From the human T2T-CHM13v2.0 reference genome, Homo sapiens: 64,000 bases of DNA. This document shows, piece after piece, positions 1 to 12,675 of this stretch. Location: assembly GCF_009914755.1 (NCBI RefSeq), contig NC_060930.1, one strand, 5' to 3'. Position numbers and translations under genes: made by a program. The notes under the pieces are model-generated. The model was given only the letters and a program-made list of their open reading frames with translations. It was not told where the DNA came from and searched no databases. Position 1 is the stretch's first letter. Every line of letters begins with the position of its first letter.

Positions 1-304
1 ACTTGTTCACATAACACAATCCTCAGCAGAGAAGCCACACATTTAAAATAGAGAGTGACATTTCCTCCTGAGAGATTTGTAATAACAACTTTCTTACATA
101 GAACTACACATAATCCAGACAATTCTGAATGCAATAGATTTTGTTAATTCAAATTGCATAGGAAAGCAATTCTACCTGGGTATCATATTATATATAATAT
201 AAATTATTTTTATTTGTATGAATTAGTCTAGCAAAATGTATAAGGAAGGTGTTTGATAAACTATTGACATATTTTAGGGAAATTTTTCTTCCTATAATAT
301 CTTG

Positions 305-464
305 AGGGAGAGCATCAGGAAAAATAGCTAATGAATGCTGGGCTTAACACCTAGGTGATGGGTTGATCTGTGCAGAAAACCATCATAGCACACGTTTACC
401 TATGTAACAAACCCAAACCTGTACATATACCTTGGAGCTTAAAATAAAAGTTGAAGAAAGAAAA
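305..464 (+). mobile_element. LINE-1 3' end fragment (L1PB/old L1PA type)
   Basis: L1 3'UTR motifs gggcttaacacctaggtgatgggttgatctgtgcag...tatgtaacaaacc...cttaaaataaaagttgaagaaagaaaa. Confidence 0.85.
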
Positions 465-512
465 CTTCTAATTTTACAGTCAGGCTGTATTTTTATGGTC
501 TAATTTATTAGG

Positions 513-915
513 TGTTCTGGTCCTTTTTGTACTGCTATAACACAATAATGAGACTGGTTTATTTATAATGAGCAGATATTTATTAGCTCACAGTTCTGGA
601 GGCTGGGAACTCAAATATGAAGACACTGGCAGGTTTGATGTCTGGTAAGGACCTGGTCTTGGCTCTTAAGATGGCACTTGAATATTTTATTCTCCAGAGG
701 AGAGAAACTCTGTTCCTCATATAGCAGAAAAGTAGGGGAGGTAGGAGAGAAAGCCCAATCCCTAAAGCCCTTGTATTAAAGCAATAAACCTACCCATGAG
801 AGTAGAGGCTTTATGGCCTAAATTGCCTCTCAACAGATCCATCCCCCAATACTCAAAATACGCATTGAAATAAATTTCATGTGTGTTTTGGAAGGGACAA
901 ACATTCAAACCACAG
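513..915 (-). mobile_element. MaLR solo LTR (MSTC/MSTD-like)
   Basis: gctcacagttctggaggctgggaa core and terminal gggacaaacattcaaaccacag, antisense to MST consensus. Confidence 0.8.
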
Positions 916-1378
916 GATCAGGTTATGAAATTTTCAATGCCATTTTTGTTTCCTTCTTTTTAACACCTACTACTTTAGAATTCTTGCTAGTGAGATTGTC
1001 ACAGAAAATAGAAAAAGTAAAACTTTTGACTCAGTATCTTGGAAGAAAATACGAAATTGCTTCTTTGGGTTTTATTTGTTACTATGTGAAATCCCGTTAG
1101 ATGGAAATGCCTCTTCTGTTGGCATCTGCAACTTAACTTTCTACCTGTCTGACTACTTCTCAGGGGTCTCCTTCAAGAAGACATCAGTCACTTACTAAAG
1201 GCATCTGCTCCCTTGAGAATCTATCATCTTCCTGGGTTGATGCTTTTACTATCTGTACATCTTTGCTCTTGGGGCAGCCTCAAATAGCTAAATGACAACC
1301 AGATGCCTTTTTTTCAGAAGTTTTGCAAACATCTCAAAGTTCATATTTCTGAATCAATATTTATCTTGCCTTAAACCT

Positions 1379-1379
1379 G

Positions 1380-1410
<31 letters not shown>
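1379..1410. repeat. (CTAT)n microsatellite
   Basis: about 7 tandem ctat units. Confidence 0.95.
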
Positions 1411-1411
<1 letters not shown>

Positions 1412-1479
1412 CCTACCACCTATCTCCATATCTATCTATGATCTGTCATATCTCTTTCCTCTTCTTCCCCATTGTGAAT

Positions 1480-2097
1480 ATCTAAGTTTATAAGTCATTA
1501 CCTGTCAAGTGGATTATTCTTACAGTTTTTCCAACTGCTTTTTTCGCTGCTTTCATTCTGGACTTCCCTATAACTCATCCTCCAAGCTGCTCCTAGAGTG
1601 ACCTTTTTAAACATTCAAATCTGACCATATTGTCAGATACTTTAAAATCCTTCAGTGATTCCCTGTAGCTTTCAGGACAATATTGAAATGCCATTGCTTA
1701 ACATATTATGTCATTTGTTATTTCGGCAATTGCTCGCTTGCGTGCCACTTCTTTGTTTGGGTGTTCAAAAAAGCCCACTCTCCCCAGCCCTTATGTCATT
1801 AAATAATACCTACTAATTTCCCCAAATTGAGCATTAGTTTTCCATGGTCACCTATTTAGATTTAGAAGTCTTTCCTCAGAGCAGCTTATCAAAAACTCAA
1901 TTAGAACAATTACCACAGTTAGTTATACGCAGGGATTTCTTTTTCTCTTAAATTAAGCCTTAACAACATTGAAGACAGTGAATTTTTCCTTATTTGACAC
2001 TGTAGCCCAGGCAAATAGCATAATAAATACCTACTGTATAATCGATGCCCAATAAACTTGTGCTGCATGCATGGATGAATAAATTAATGTTTGAATG
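1480..2097 (+). mobile_element. L2 3' remnant
   Basis: cctagagtgaccttttta...aaaatccttcagtgattccc and terminal aataaacttgtg...gaataaattaatg, typical of L2 3' ends. Confidence 0.6.
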
Positions 2098-4829
2098 CTA
2101 CATATTTGACACATACAAAAATAATCCATTCACAATCCAGCAATATAGATATAGAGAAGACAAAATATTTTCAATCCATATAGTACTCACAGTATAAACC
2201 ATGAAGTGTTGACAAATCAAAAGGAATTGTTTACCAAATGTAACCACAATGTTATCAGTTTTGAAGAAAGGATTTTTTCTTTTAAATGCTGTATTCAATT
2301 TTATGATAAAAATGCATAAAGTTATAAAATTTATTATATGCTTTTTAATTTTAATAGCACAAATGCCAACTTTTAAAAGAGGATTTGGTAGAATTGCTTT
2401 TATATGAATCCTTTAATTTTGCCTCTTGTGTTAGGTCTTTTAATTGATTCAATAACTTTTGCAAATCAAAAAACAGCCAACGAGAAGTTGAGTTGTCAAT
2501 TGCCTCTTAATTATAGTTACTTGGAGAAGTCTGGAAGATGACCCTGAGGGCAATTGGAAACACAGCTTTTCTTTGCTGCATTTCTGTGGTTTTGTTAATG
2601 TGGCTTGTGGTTATTTTGTTAATTAGAAAGACTAGTTTTCCATAAACAACAGGCTTTCTGAATAAAATATTTCCTGTAACTCTAAAGGCAAGGATTTATT
2701 GCCTTTGTTTTTAAAGCCATAACTGTACATGGTAATTAAGTTCCTGGTAATAGTGTTCTAAAATTCTAGTAGTCGGGTCAAAATCTTACCTTTAGTCAAA
2801 CCTGGATATAAAATAGGGAGACCTGATACTTGTTTTCAAATGATTTCCAAGGGATATATTTTTGCGTGTGTGTTTATATGTATACATTCACTTGCAAAGG
2901 ATCAGAGGGATATGTATTTAATGACAATGTATTCAACATTTTCTTTGTTTTGTTATAACCTTCCTCTGTAAGAGTGTTCAAAATAACATTTTTTCTCTAT
3001 ATTTCTTGTTCCCCACTTAAGTCTATTTAATATGTATAGTACATATGTATAGGACATATTAAAATGTGTGCTTACATATTTCATAGCAGCATTTGTGCAA
3101 AAGCCTTCAAATTTAAATATGTCAATGCTATAATTATAGTAGAATGAAGGCAAATGCAAGAATGGCTCTGAGAGGTTTATCCTTTTAAACTGCAAATTTA
3201 GCTCTTTTACATAGGCAGGTTTAATTTCAAAGATGTTCACAGTGTAGGAACTAATTAATTAGTTAATAATGCATGAAGCCAGTAGAGCATTATCAGTGTT
3301 GTATCCCAGATGAAAAAACAGAACAAATGACGAAACTTACATTTAATTTGACCCTTCCAAACATGAAAACTTTCAGTTTTTCTTGTTTTCTTCTTATATT
3401 TTTGTCAGTTTATCCTTCATGTCTTTGGTTGCCTTCTACCTCCATAAGATTATAGAATGTTTAAATTCCTGAAGTGGAAAAGGGAGGTAACAACAATTTG
3501 ACAATGACAAATCATTTAATGGGCTTGATAAAGCTAATTGTAAAACCTAAAGTGATTATTCACTGTGATAGCACTTCATCTTATATGGGCTGCTAGTGCC
3601 CATTTGCTAAACTGACTTCCTTATTATGGCAAGTGGATACCCAGTGGTCTGATGGAGTTAATGCTCCCAACCTAGCAAACCTCCTGCATATATACATTCT
3701 AGTGACTCCCTGTAATCCGAGTTCCTCCTCCTTTAAGGTTACCCATATTATTCCAATGTGTTACGTAAAAGCTAAATAATAATGTAATTTTAATCAGCAA
3801 ATGCATTCCTTTCATTCTCATCTATTATCAAACATGATACTGATTTGATAGGTGGCATTTTTTAAAGCTATCATTGCACTACCACTGTTTTTATGATCCT
3901 CTTTAATAGTCCAAAATAATCTACAAATTAAAATATTTGTTAATCTATTTATTTTTTCTTTGGTTTAGGACAAAATTCAGGCTTCTTCAGTTCTATTTCA
4001 TTTACCAGTAACAAAGAAGGCAATGTGTTAGTTTCAACTCTCATTGTCTGTATGAAGGGATAGTATTTCTCTGAATATCTAAAACAGAGCAAGTACAAAC
4101 TTCCATCCTTAGGAATGGAAAGTGAAATTGTGAATCCTTAAGAGTCTCACTCCAAATAATAGAAACAGAAAAAATAATCACATAAGTTATTTCTTAAAGG
4201 TGCTCCTGTGTTATCCCATCAGTTGAATGCTGAGAATTGTGAAATCACAGTTTGGAAGCACCATTAAAAAATAATCTAATAAAAATACCTCCCTGTTACA
4301 ATAAGAAAAGCAGGCAAACTCCTTTCCAAATGAGGAAGACTGGTTCAGAGATGGTACCATCCCTTTGGTTCTATCAAGCCCAAGCTTAGGGGGTGGAGCA
4401 GGTTGTCATTGTTGTCAAGACAGCCTTTACTTAAGAATATGAGTTCCAAAAAAGAAGCCAAAAGATGAATACCAAAGTAAAAATATCATGAAATAATCAT
4501 AAACATAAGGTGGAGAAAATCCTTACCAAGGAGCCAGGAAATCAAAAGGAGAAGAGCAGCAGAGCACGCAACTTAAAAGTCATCCTATGGAATTCTAGGT
4601 TCCTCACATTTTCCTTTACCAACAAGCTGGGATAAATGGGAAGATCAGGATATTCTTGAAATTCAGTAACAGTTAAAACAACCTAAATTCCAGTTGGTCC
4701 TCTTATGAGTCCAAAAAAGACTTAGTTTTACCTCCCAATTTAATGAATTCAGTGAATAATCCACTTCATACTTAGAAGTTTCCCTAAATTATGTGCATTT
4801 ACTACTTCCTTTAACGGTTTTGTATTTGC

Positions 4830-5260
4830 CACATTAGTTGCTAGAAATACGCAAGTGAATATAATGAGTAAACTTCTCTCACAAAGCTTCCAATTTTGTG
4901 TGGGAATCAGTTAATTAAAGAAGCAATTACGATATAGTGTGACAGGCACAACTTACTGTGATAGATCAGAAGGTTCACAAAAACAAGCCAGAGACAGTAA
5001 GCCAGATTTTGTGTGATTTGTTTGTTTGTGGGAAGAGTGGCAATATTCTTTCAAGGATATGACATCTAAACTATAACCTAAGGAATGAGTAAACAGTTAA
5101 CTGGGAGGAGAAAAGAGAAAAGATTGTGTCAGAAAGAGTTTTGAATGAGATATTAGTGGTCAAAGAGGAAACAAGTAACATTCAGTGAAGAAACTCATGA
5201 TGGTAGGATTGAGACACAATGAACCATGGGATGAATGGTGAGAGACGGAGTGGGTATGAT
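4830..5260 (-). mobile_element. L2 remnant
   Basis: purine-rich antisense L2-like motifs (acctaaggaatgagtaaacagttaactggg). Confidence 0.5.
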
Positions 5261-5646
5261 GTGTATATTTAAATGTAAATTATTGGACTAGTCTTCTGTT
5301 TTTTTATTGCTATTTTGTGGTAGTGGCAGAACTATTGTGTGTATTAATTATAACTCATTCTGAATACCATGAACTCCAGGGCATTGACAAAATCCTAAGG
5401 CAGCAAGACTGAGAATCGGGTGTTGAAATATGAGGAAAATGCTAAAGTAATCTCAGTCAGACCTTGAAGAGAGCCTTTTAATTGAAATATAAGGCATTTT
5501 TTACTACAAGCCTTCCCTCTACCTCTTTCTCCCTTCTGTCTCTGTCTTTCTGTCTCTCTGTTCATTTAATACTTCTCAATTTGGTGGATTTTCAAAGCAT
5601 CAGCAGAAGCAATGATAGATTTTGTTTCCTCGACCACATAACTTAC

Positions 5647-5956
5647 TATAATTTTTTAACTTTCCTTTGCAAATTTGAACGTACTCTAAGCTGTTTCATT
5701 TTAAAAGTAAAAACTTTGTTTTTAGATGCCTTTTCTATGTCTAAGCAAATATTTGATTCCTAATGTTATTTCCCACTACTTTAATGACAGTCGGCTCCTC
5801 CCAGGAGCAACACAACCACAATCCTTCAGGGAAAAAGTTGTAAACTAATACAGTGAGAGCAACAATAGAAATATTTTCTGTACATTCAGCACTTGGCATT
5901 TGTAGCATTTTCAAGCAAACCTTATGAAAGAAATGGGACACGATTTGGCAGTAGTT
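5647..5956 (-). pseudogene. Pseudo-exon: juxtamembrane, transmembrane and basic cytoplasmic segment
   Basis: acceptor atcttccttctag|, donor |gtaagt; reads ENISIVALTVLV / (other frame) IVVVLLLGG then ICLDIEKASKNKVFTFKMKQLRVRSNLQRKVKKL. Confidence 0.6.
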
Positions 5957-6071
5957 CTAGAAGGAAGATGTGTTTAACTATTTTGTGTGCTGTTTTGTCA
6001 TTTTCCATCAGAAATAGGTGCATAATAGTTTAGCAAAGACAGCAGTTTTTAATTGCAAAAATAAACTAAAC

Positions 6072-6268
6072 CTAGATTTTTCACTTTATCCAACATTGTA
6101 ATCAAGTTCTAGCAAGTGTAAGTTACATCTTTCATGGATCAGGTCTTCCCATAGATATGTGTGTTTAAGTGTAGAAACATCTCATTTCTACTGTAATAGA
6201 TTTATGATACTCCAAAAACTGGAATTCATTATATAATTGCTAGTACCACTTGAACAAGTAGGTAGTTG
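6072..6268 (-). pseudogene. Pseudo-exon with mutated acceptor (GG for AG)
   Basis: long pyrimidine tract ttctccatcctttcctttatttgatttcgg|, donor ag|gtttag; 197 bp, phase 2-to-1 fits neighbours; 5 stops in 65 codons so coding signal is weak. Confidence 0.4.
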
Positions 6269-6929
6269 CCGAAATCAAATAAAGGAAAGGATGGAGAATG
6301 TTTTTTAATTTATTCATTGGGTCAGTGCCTATTTGTCTGTATGTGCTGTTCAGGTAGGAATGTATATTTCATTATATTACCATTTTATTTCTGATATTGT
6401 CTTCAGTAAAGTGGAACAAAAATGATAATTTCTTTAGTAGTTGGTAACGATTTCCCTACAAGTGAATAAATATAGTACAAATACAGGCCAGTAGTGTTTT
6501 GGGGGGTCACTTAGTTTCTCTTCTCTTAAAATCTGGTCCATTATAAAATTTGGATATAAATTGTAATTATTCACTTCACATAGAAATATTATGTGAAATA
6601 AAAAACAAAATCATATGCAAATATATAATTACTATCTTGGTCTTGACACAGAAATCATGTAAGGAATGAAAAAGACAAAATATTATCTGTGTTTGAAAAA
6701 CATTTAAATTACTCTTCCTCTCATGCATATACAAAATATATCTTAGAATATTTATTATCATATCTGGATTTAATTCAAAAATTCATCTAATGTAACAGCT
6801 AACATGAATTCGAGTAGATTTTGCCAACTTGGCATTTATTTATCCCTTTATTTCTTTTCATTTCATTTCTTTTTATTGTTTTTGTTTTTATTTTGAATTG
6901 GTGGTGGGATGGGGAGGATTAGTAACCTG

Positions 6930-7670
6930 ATTTTTTCTTGGAAATTCACCACTCCTTCATCCTAAGTCTATGCAGTTGAGGTAAGCTTAAAGCTACCAAA
7001 CACTTTCACAGGTAGGCTTGTGCCCAAAACCAGGTTAATGAAAATTCTAAAACTTGGATTGAAAACCACTGGAAAAGAATAGCCTCTTTCCAGCCAGGCT
7101 AGGTGGCTCACATCTGTAATCCCAGCACTTTGGGAGGCCGAGGCGGGCGGATCACGAAGTCAAGACATTGAGACCTTCCTGGCCAAAATGGTGAAACCCC
7201 GTTTCTACTAAAAATACAAAAAATTAGCTGGGCATGGTGGCGCACACCTGTAGTCCCAGCTACTCAGGAGGCTTGAGGCAGGAGAATCGCTTGAACCTGG
7301 GAGGTGGAGTTGCAGTGAGCAGAGATTGCGGTACTGCACTCCAGCCTGGTGACAGAGTGAGACTATGTCTCAAAAAAAAAAAAAAAAAAAAGAAAAGTGT
7401 CTTTGCTCTTTTGACTCTTTTGATGCTCAGCTGTGAGAATAATACCTAAAGCTATTTAGGGCTTCTAGAACAGGAAAACCTACCTAAGAACCAAGCCAAC
7501 AAAGAGGAAATAGTCAACAGATGGTAAGAGATGGTTTCCTGACCATATTACTTTAGGACTTTGATCTAGCCATGCCTAGACTTTTCAATCTTCTTGGGTA
7601 AAATTTTCTGGTTTTGCTTAATTGAGTAGACTTTTTTGTTATGTGTAACTAAAACAGCCTTAATTACTAC
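6930..7670 (+). mobile_element. Old MLT1 (K/L-like) LTR split by an Alu
   Basis: tgatctagccatgcctaga and 3' end tgtaactaaaacagccttaattactaca. Confidence 0.55.
7092..7397 (+). mobile_element. Alu (AluSc-like)
   Basis: full dimeric Alu with gatcacgaagtcaaga diagnostic and poly-A tail. Confidence 0.95.
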
Positions 7671-8077
7671 ACTAGTATCATTTTCATGGAAAGGACCACA
7701 AATTCCCCAGAAAAGACTGCCTTCTAACAAATCTACTAAGTCTTTCAAAAGTAGTTCTAGAAGTCAGTAATACAACAATGCATACCTTTTGAAAACTAAA
7801 GTTTGAGAAGCATTGCCCTAGAAAACAAGCTCAACTTATATCTTATTTATCTTTGTATCCCTAGAGACTTGTATTTGGTCTAGTATATAATTAATATTCA
7901 ATGATTATTGAATAAAGTGTTCTCAAAATTCTATACATTACTTGGGCAATAGAATACAAAGAGGTACAAAAACAGGTTATTTTCATTTCAGAACATCAAA
8001 AATCGTGTAATTAAGTGTTGATTACATAATAATTAAATGATTGATTACATAATAATTAATAATTCATATTTTCTCAC

Positions 8078-8261
8078 TTGTCCAAGTAATATTAAAATGT
8101 GCTCTCAAAAATTAAAAATGGCTACAGGTTTAAGTAAATTTAAGAAATATGCCTATTATTATTTTTCTTAAAATTCTCAAATACATAAATACAGTAAATA
8201 CACCAAGAAGTCCTGCAATTCCAGGAGTCAAGTTCAGTCTCCCAAATTTGCAAATGGAAAA
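8078..8261 (-). pseudogene. Pseudo-exon (end of one SEA-like unit, start of next)
   Basis: acceptor gtttcctttttttaaag|, donor aa|gtgaga; FSICKFGRLNLTPGIAGLLG in phase 0 with previous exon, later PFLIFESTF*YYLD after a frameshift. Confidence 0.5.
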
Positions 8262-8699
8262 CTTTAAAAAAAGGAAACACTAGTTACAATCTCACATGAG
8301 TATTCTACGTATTACCATTAGAAAACCTGTAGCATAGCATGATAAGGAGAATATATTGAGAGTGGATGAAGGGACTGGGGTGAAGTTGTAAGATAACGAT
8401 ATTTAATATGGCTGTTGAGGTATTTTTGAGTGGTTGTCAGAAAGAAGGAGTATTTAGGTGTATTAGAGACAGAAGGCAGAGTGTGTGCAAAGCCATGGGC
8501 TTCTGCCAGCACTGTGAGTACCAAAAGAGGCAAAGATTTTTGACAATTATTCTCAACACAGAATATCCTTGTAGGTGCTAATTATTAACACTTTCTACTT
8601 TTTGTTAGCTGTTATTTTATTCAATTTTTACAATTCTATGAAAACTCTTACCTTTCCATCCTTTCTTAAATAGGTATTAGGTGCCACTGCCACCAGTAA

Positions 8700-8960
8700 G
8701 AATAATAATAATAGCAAAAATGAATCCTTACTATATGTCAGGTAAGAGCTTCGCATGTTTAAGTAAACTCTCAAAACAACCCTGCAAAGTAAGAATTATT
8801 ATTATCTTCATTTAACATCAGAGTATTATTAAGATACTCAGTGTCTCATCAATACTGAGACAGATATGAGATGCCCAAGTTCAGAAGACCAATGGATGGC
8901 AGAACCAGAGGCAACTCAGGAGGTCTGGTTCCACCACCTGTGTCCTTTAATGTCATACTC
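8700..8960 (-). mobile_element. MIR
   Basis: ccttactatatgtcagg...aacaaccctgcaaagtaagaattattattatcttcattt antisense MIR core. Confidence 0.65.
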
Positions 8961-9627
8961 TACCATGTGCAACACTAGTCTGGGTGCCTATATACTGTTG
9001 CATAAATAGATTTTCCCCTACTCTAGTCAACTTACAGTCTGTGAAGAATGTAGACCAACCAACCACACACACACATACACATACACAGAGTAACATGCGT
9101 GCAAACTAGGGCCTGGGCAGAGCCTCAAGGTACAAAACCAGAACAACAGAGTAGGAAGAAGAGGTGAAAAGTCACCTCTTGCTCAAGATTGCCTTGGTTA
9201 TTCATGGTCTTCTCTTGGATCCATATGAGTTTTAGGATTTTTTTTCTATTTCTGTAAGTAATACTGTTGAAATTTTGATTGGGATTGCAGCGAATCTATA
9301 GAACATTTTGAGTAGTATGAACTTTTTTAAAATTTTATTTTTTTCAATCCATGCACATGACTTTCCATTTATTTGTATCTTTAATTTCCTTCATAATGTC
9401 TTAAAATTTTTAATGTACAAGTCTTTCACATCTACAATTAAGTTTATTCCTAAGTATTTTATTCTTTTTGTTGCCATGGCTAATAGGATTATTTTCTTAA
9501 TTTCTTTTTAGGCTGGGTTGTTATTTGAATAGAAATACCAGTAATTTTTGTATATTTATTGTATCCTGCAACTTTACTAAATTTGTTTATTATTTTAAAC
9601 ATTTTTTGTTGAGTCTTTAGAATTTTC

Positions 9628-9753
9628 CCTTCCTTCCTTCCTTTCTTCCTTCCGTTCTTTCCTTTCTTTCTTTCTTTCCTCCTTCCTTCCTTCCTTCCTT
9701 CCTTCCTTCCTTCCTTCCTTCCCTCCCTCCCACCCTCCTTCCCTTCTTTCTTT

Positions 9754-9816
<63 letters not shown>

Positions 9817-9860
9817 CTCTCTCTCTCTCTCTCTCTTCTTTCCTTTTTTGTTTTTTGGTA
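9628..9860. repeat. Compound (TTCC)n(TTTC)n(TC)n microsatellite derived from the Alu tail
   Basis: about 230 bp almost pure pyrimidine tract. Confidence 0.95.
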
Positions 9861-10085
9861 ACAGGGTCTTAATCTGTCACCCAGGCTGGAGTGTAGTGGA
9901 GCAATCAGAACTCACTGCAATCTCAAGCCCTTGGACTCAAATCATTCTCCCACCTCAGCTTCCTGAGAAGCTAGGGCTACAAGCATGTGCCACCACACTT
10001 GGCTGATTTTCCTGGTCTCAAGTGTTCCTCTTCCCTTAGCTTCCCAAAATGTTGTGATTACAAACATGAGCCACCCCACCCAGCA
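9845..10085 (-). mobile_element. AluJ-like element with internal deletion
   Basis: antisense Alu with J-type features (ctcaaatcattctcccacctcag); linker/left-arm segment missing at ~10010; TSD ctttagaattttc at 9615-9627 and 10089-10101. Confidence 0.9.
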
Positions 10086-10277
10086 AGGCTTTAGAATTTT
10101 CTGCATATATGATCATGTCATCTGCAGACAGAGGTAATTTTACATCTCCATTTTCAATTTGCATCCTTTTATTTCTTCTTTTCCTCTGATTGCTCTAGCT
10201 TGAACTTTTAGTACTATATTAAATAGAAGTGGCATGAGCAGGCACCTTTACTTTGTACCATATCTTAGAGAAAAAGC

Positions 10278-11958
10278 CCATCACACTTCCTGATTTCAAA
10301 ATGTTTACAAAGCTACAGTAATCAAAACATCATAGTATTGGCATTAAATAGACAAATAGACAAGTGGAACAGAATAGACAGTCCAGAAATAAATCCATTC
10401 ATCTATGGCCAACTGGTTTTCAACTAAGGAGCCAAGAAGACAAAATGAGGAAAAGATAGTCTCTTCAATAATATGTGGAAAAACTGGATATCTACATGTG
10501 GAAGAATGAAATAGGATCTGTATCTCATACCATATACAAAAATCAGCTCAACATGGATTAAAGGCTTAAATCTAAGACCTGAAACTGTAAAACTTCTGGA
10601 AGAAAACATAGGGAAAACCTTCTTCCATTGTACATTGGTCTGAGTAATGACTTCTTGGGTATGACCCCAAAAACATAGACCAGAAAAGCAAAAACAAAGT
10701 TGGATCACATCACGGTAAAAATCTTCTGCCCAGCAAAGGAAACAATCAAAGAATGAAAAGGCAACCTATGGAATGGGAGAACATATTTGCGAGCCATATA
10801 TCTGATAAAGGCTTAATATCCAAAATATATATGAAACATATACATATAAATAGCAAAAACAAAATAAAATTCCACAAATAACCCTATTTAAAAATGGGCC
10901 AAAATGACCTGAATAAACATTTCTCCAAAGAAGACATACACATGGCCAACAGGTATGTGGAAAAAGGCTCAACATCACCAGTAATTAGGGAAATGCAAGT
11001 TAAAACCACAGTGAGCTACCATCTCACACCTCTTAGAATGACTACCATCAAAAACTCAAAAGACAAATGTTGACAAGGTTGTAGAGAAAAGGAAACCGTT
11101 GCACACTGTTGGTAGGAATGTAAATTGGTACCACCATTTTTGAAAACAGTATGGATGTTCCTTAAAAGATTAAAGACGAGACTACTATTATCCAGCAATC
11201 CATTTTGGATATAAATCCACAGGAAACTAAGTCACTATTGAAAAGGACTCCCTTGTTTATGGCAGTATTATTTATTCATAATAGCCGAGATATGAAACAA
11301 CCTAAATGTTTGCTGATGAATAAATGAATAAATAAATGTTGGTATGTACTGTACAAAGATACAGTAATCAAAACATTATGGTGCTGGCATAAAACAGGCA
11401 CACACAGCACAATGTCTATTCAGGTACTTTGCTCATTTGAAATATGAATATCATTCAGCCTTAAAAAAGAAAAAAATCCTGCCATTTGCAACTATAACAC
11501 ATATGAAACTGGAGCATATTATGATAAATGAGTTTAGGCAGACACAGAAAGAAAAATAGCACATGATCTCACTTATATGTGGAATATAAAATGGAATCAC
11601 AGAAGCAGAAAGTAGAATGGTGGTTGCCAGTGGCTGGAGGGTGAGATGAAAAGGGGAGACGGTTAAAAGAAAGTTTCAGTTCTGCAAGATGAATAAGTCC
11701 TGAAGGTCTATTGTAAAGCAACATGTCTATAGTTAACAATACTGTATTATATACTTGAAATTTGTTAAGATGGTATATTTTAAGTGTTCTCATCATAAAA
11801 AAAAGGAAAGAAAAAAAGAAAATGCTAACTATGTGAGGTAATCGGTATGTAAATTAGCTTGATTATAGTCATTATTTCACATCTATGTATATCATTACAT
11901 CAAGTTGTACTTTTTTTTGTTTGTTTGGTCAGTCATACCTCAGTAAAGTAAGGAGAAA
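10278..11958 (+). mobile_element. L1MA 3' ORF2 and 3'UTR
   Basis: ORF2 C-terminal motifs and L1MA-type 3'UTR (caagatgaataagtcctgaaggtcta...tacctcagtaaag). Confidence 0.9.
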
Positions 11959-12125
11959 ACATTCACATCACTGAGTGCTTACATTTTTCTCTCTCCCCAC
12001 TGCTTGGCCTCTTTTCTCAAGACAGGTAAAGGAAGTAGAGGAGAGAAACCCAAATGACAAGTATTAACCACTAAACTGGCCTCCAAACAATGACCACCCT
12101 TAGAAACTATGTTAGTTTTACCTAC

Positions 12126-12429
12126 CTCCTCCCTTTATCCCTCTTCCTGCAAGTTCTTAAATGAGCTTTCTCCTTCTATTCTCAACAAAATTCCCATCCC
12201 TTTAGAATGATTAGTGTACCTTACTCTGACTGTGAAATCTTTTTTGTCTAGCTGCCAGTTTTAGTGCTTCTGAATATAGGCTTGGTCATCTTTGCTGTTT
12301 CCCTTATTAGAAGGGATCATTGACTCGCCTAGCTTCCTAATTAGCACAACAATCCACTCTCACTGGTCATCTATTTTATTTGTTTCCCAGGGACGAAAAA
12401 TCACAATAATGATTATTTAATCTCTTGTC
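12126..12429 (-). pseudogene. Pseudo-exon, SEA-like unit
   Basis: acceptor tgtgtttgtcag|, donor gag|gtaggt; one frame reads IIIIVIFRPWETNKIDDQ*EWIVVLIRKLGESM...DFTVRVRYTNHS (cf. DAG1 KKIALVKKLAFAF...SIVVEWTNNT). Confidence 0.65.
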
Positions 12430-12531
12430 CTGACAAACACAGCTGAGTATAACACAAACGATCAGTTTGTCAGTTAGAGTGGTATAGCTATTGTAGCATT
12501 AAGACAGAATGATTGTGACACACAACCTCAC

Positions 12532-12675
12532 CTTGAGAATTACTGTCTGGAAGCTCCAAATTTTAGTTATGTCCATGATAATGCAAGTTTATCATCCAAG
12601 AATAAGTATTTAACACTGTCCATATATGCCCCATCTTTATAGTCAGATACAAAGAATAGTCAGTAAAATAAAAAC
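12532..12675 (-). pseudogene. Pseudo-exon (144 bp)
   Basis: acceptor tttttgtgattttag|, donor aag|gtgagg; phase 2-2 reading ...YMDSVKYLFLDDKLALSWT. Confidence 0.6.

Larger units (their letters stand above)
9180..10277 (-). mobile_element. L1MA ORF2 piece, inverted 5' part of a twin-primed L1, split by an Alu
   Basis: antisense L1 ORF2 sequence whose far end (aatcttgagcaa) lies just upstream in L1 coordinates of the start of the sense piece at 10278. Confidence 0.85.

Noticed and set aside
7234-7449. Alu-derived ORFs (also 25490-25705)
   Set aside because: Typical Alu right-arm translations.
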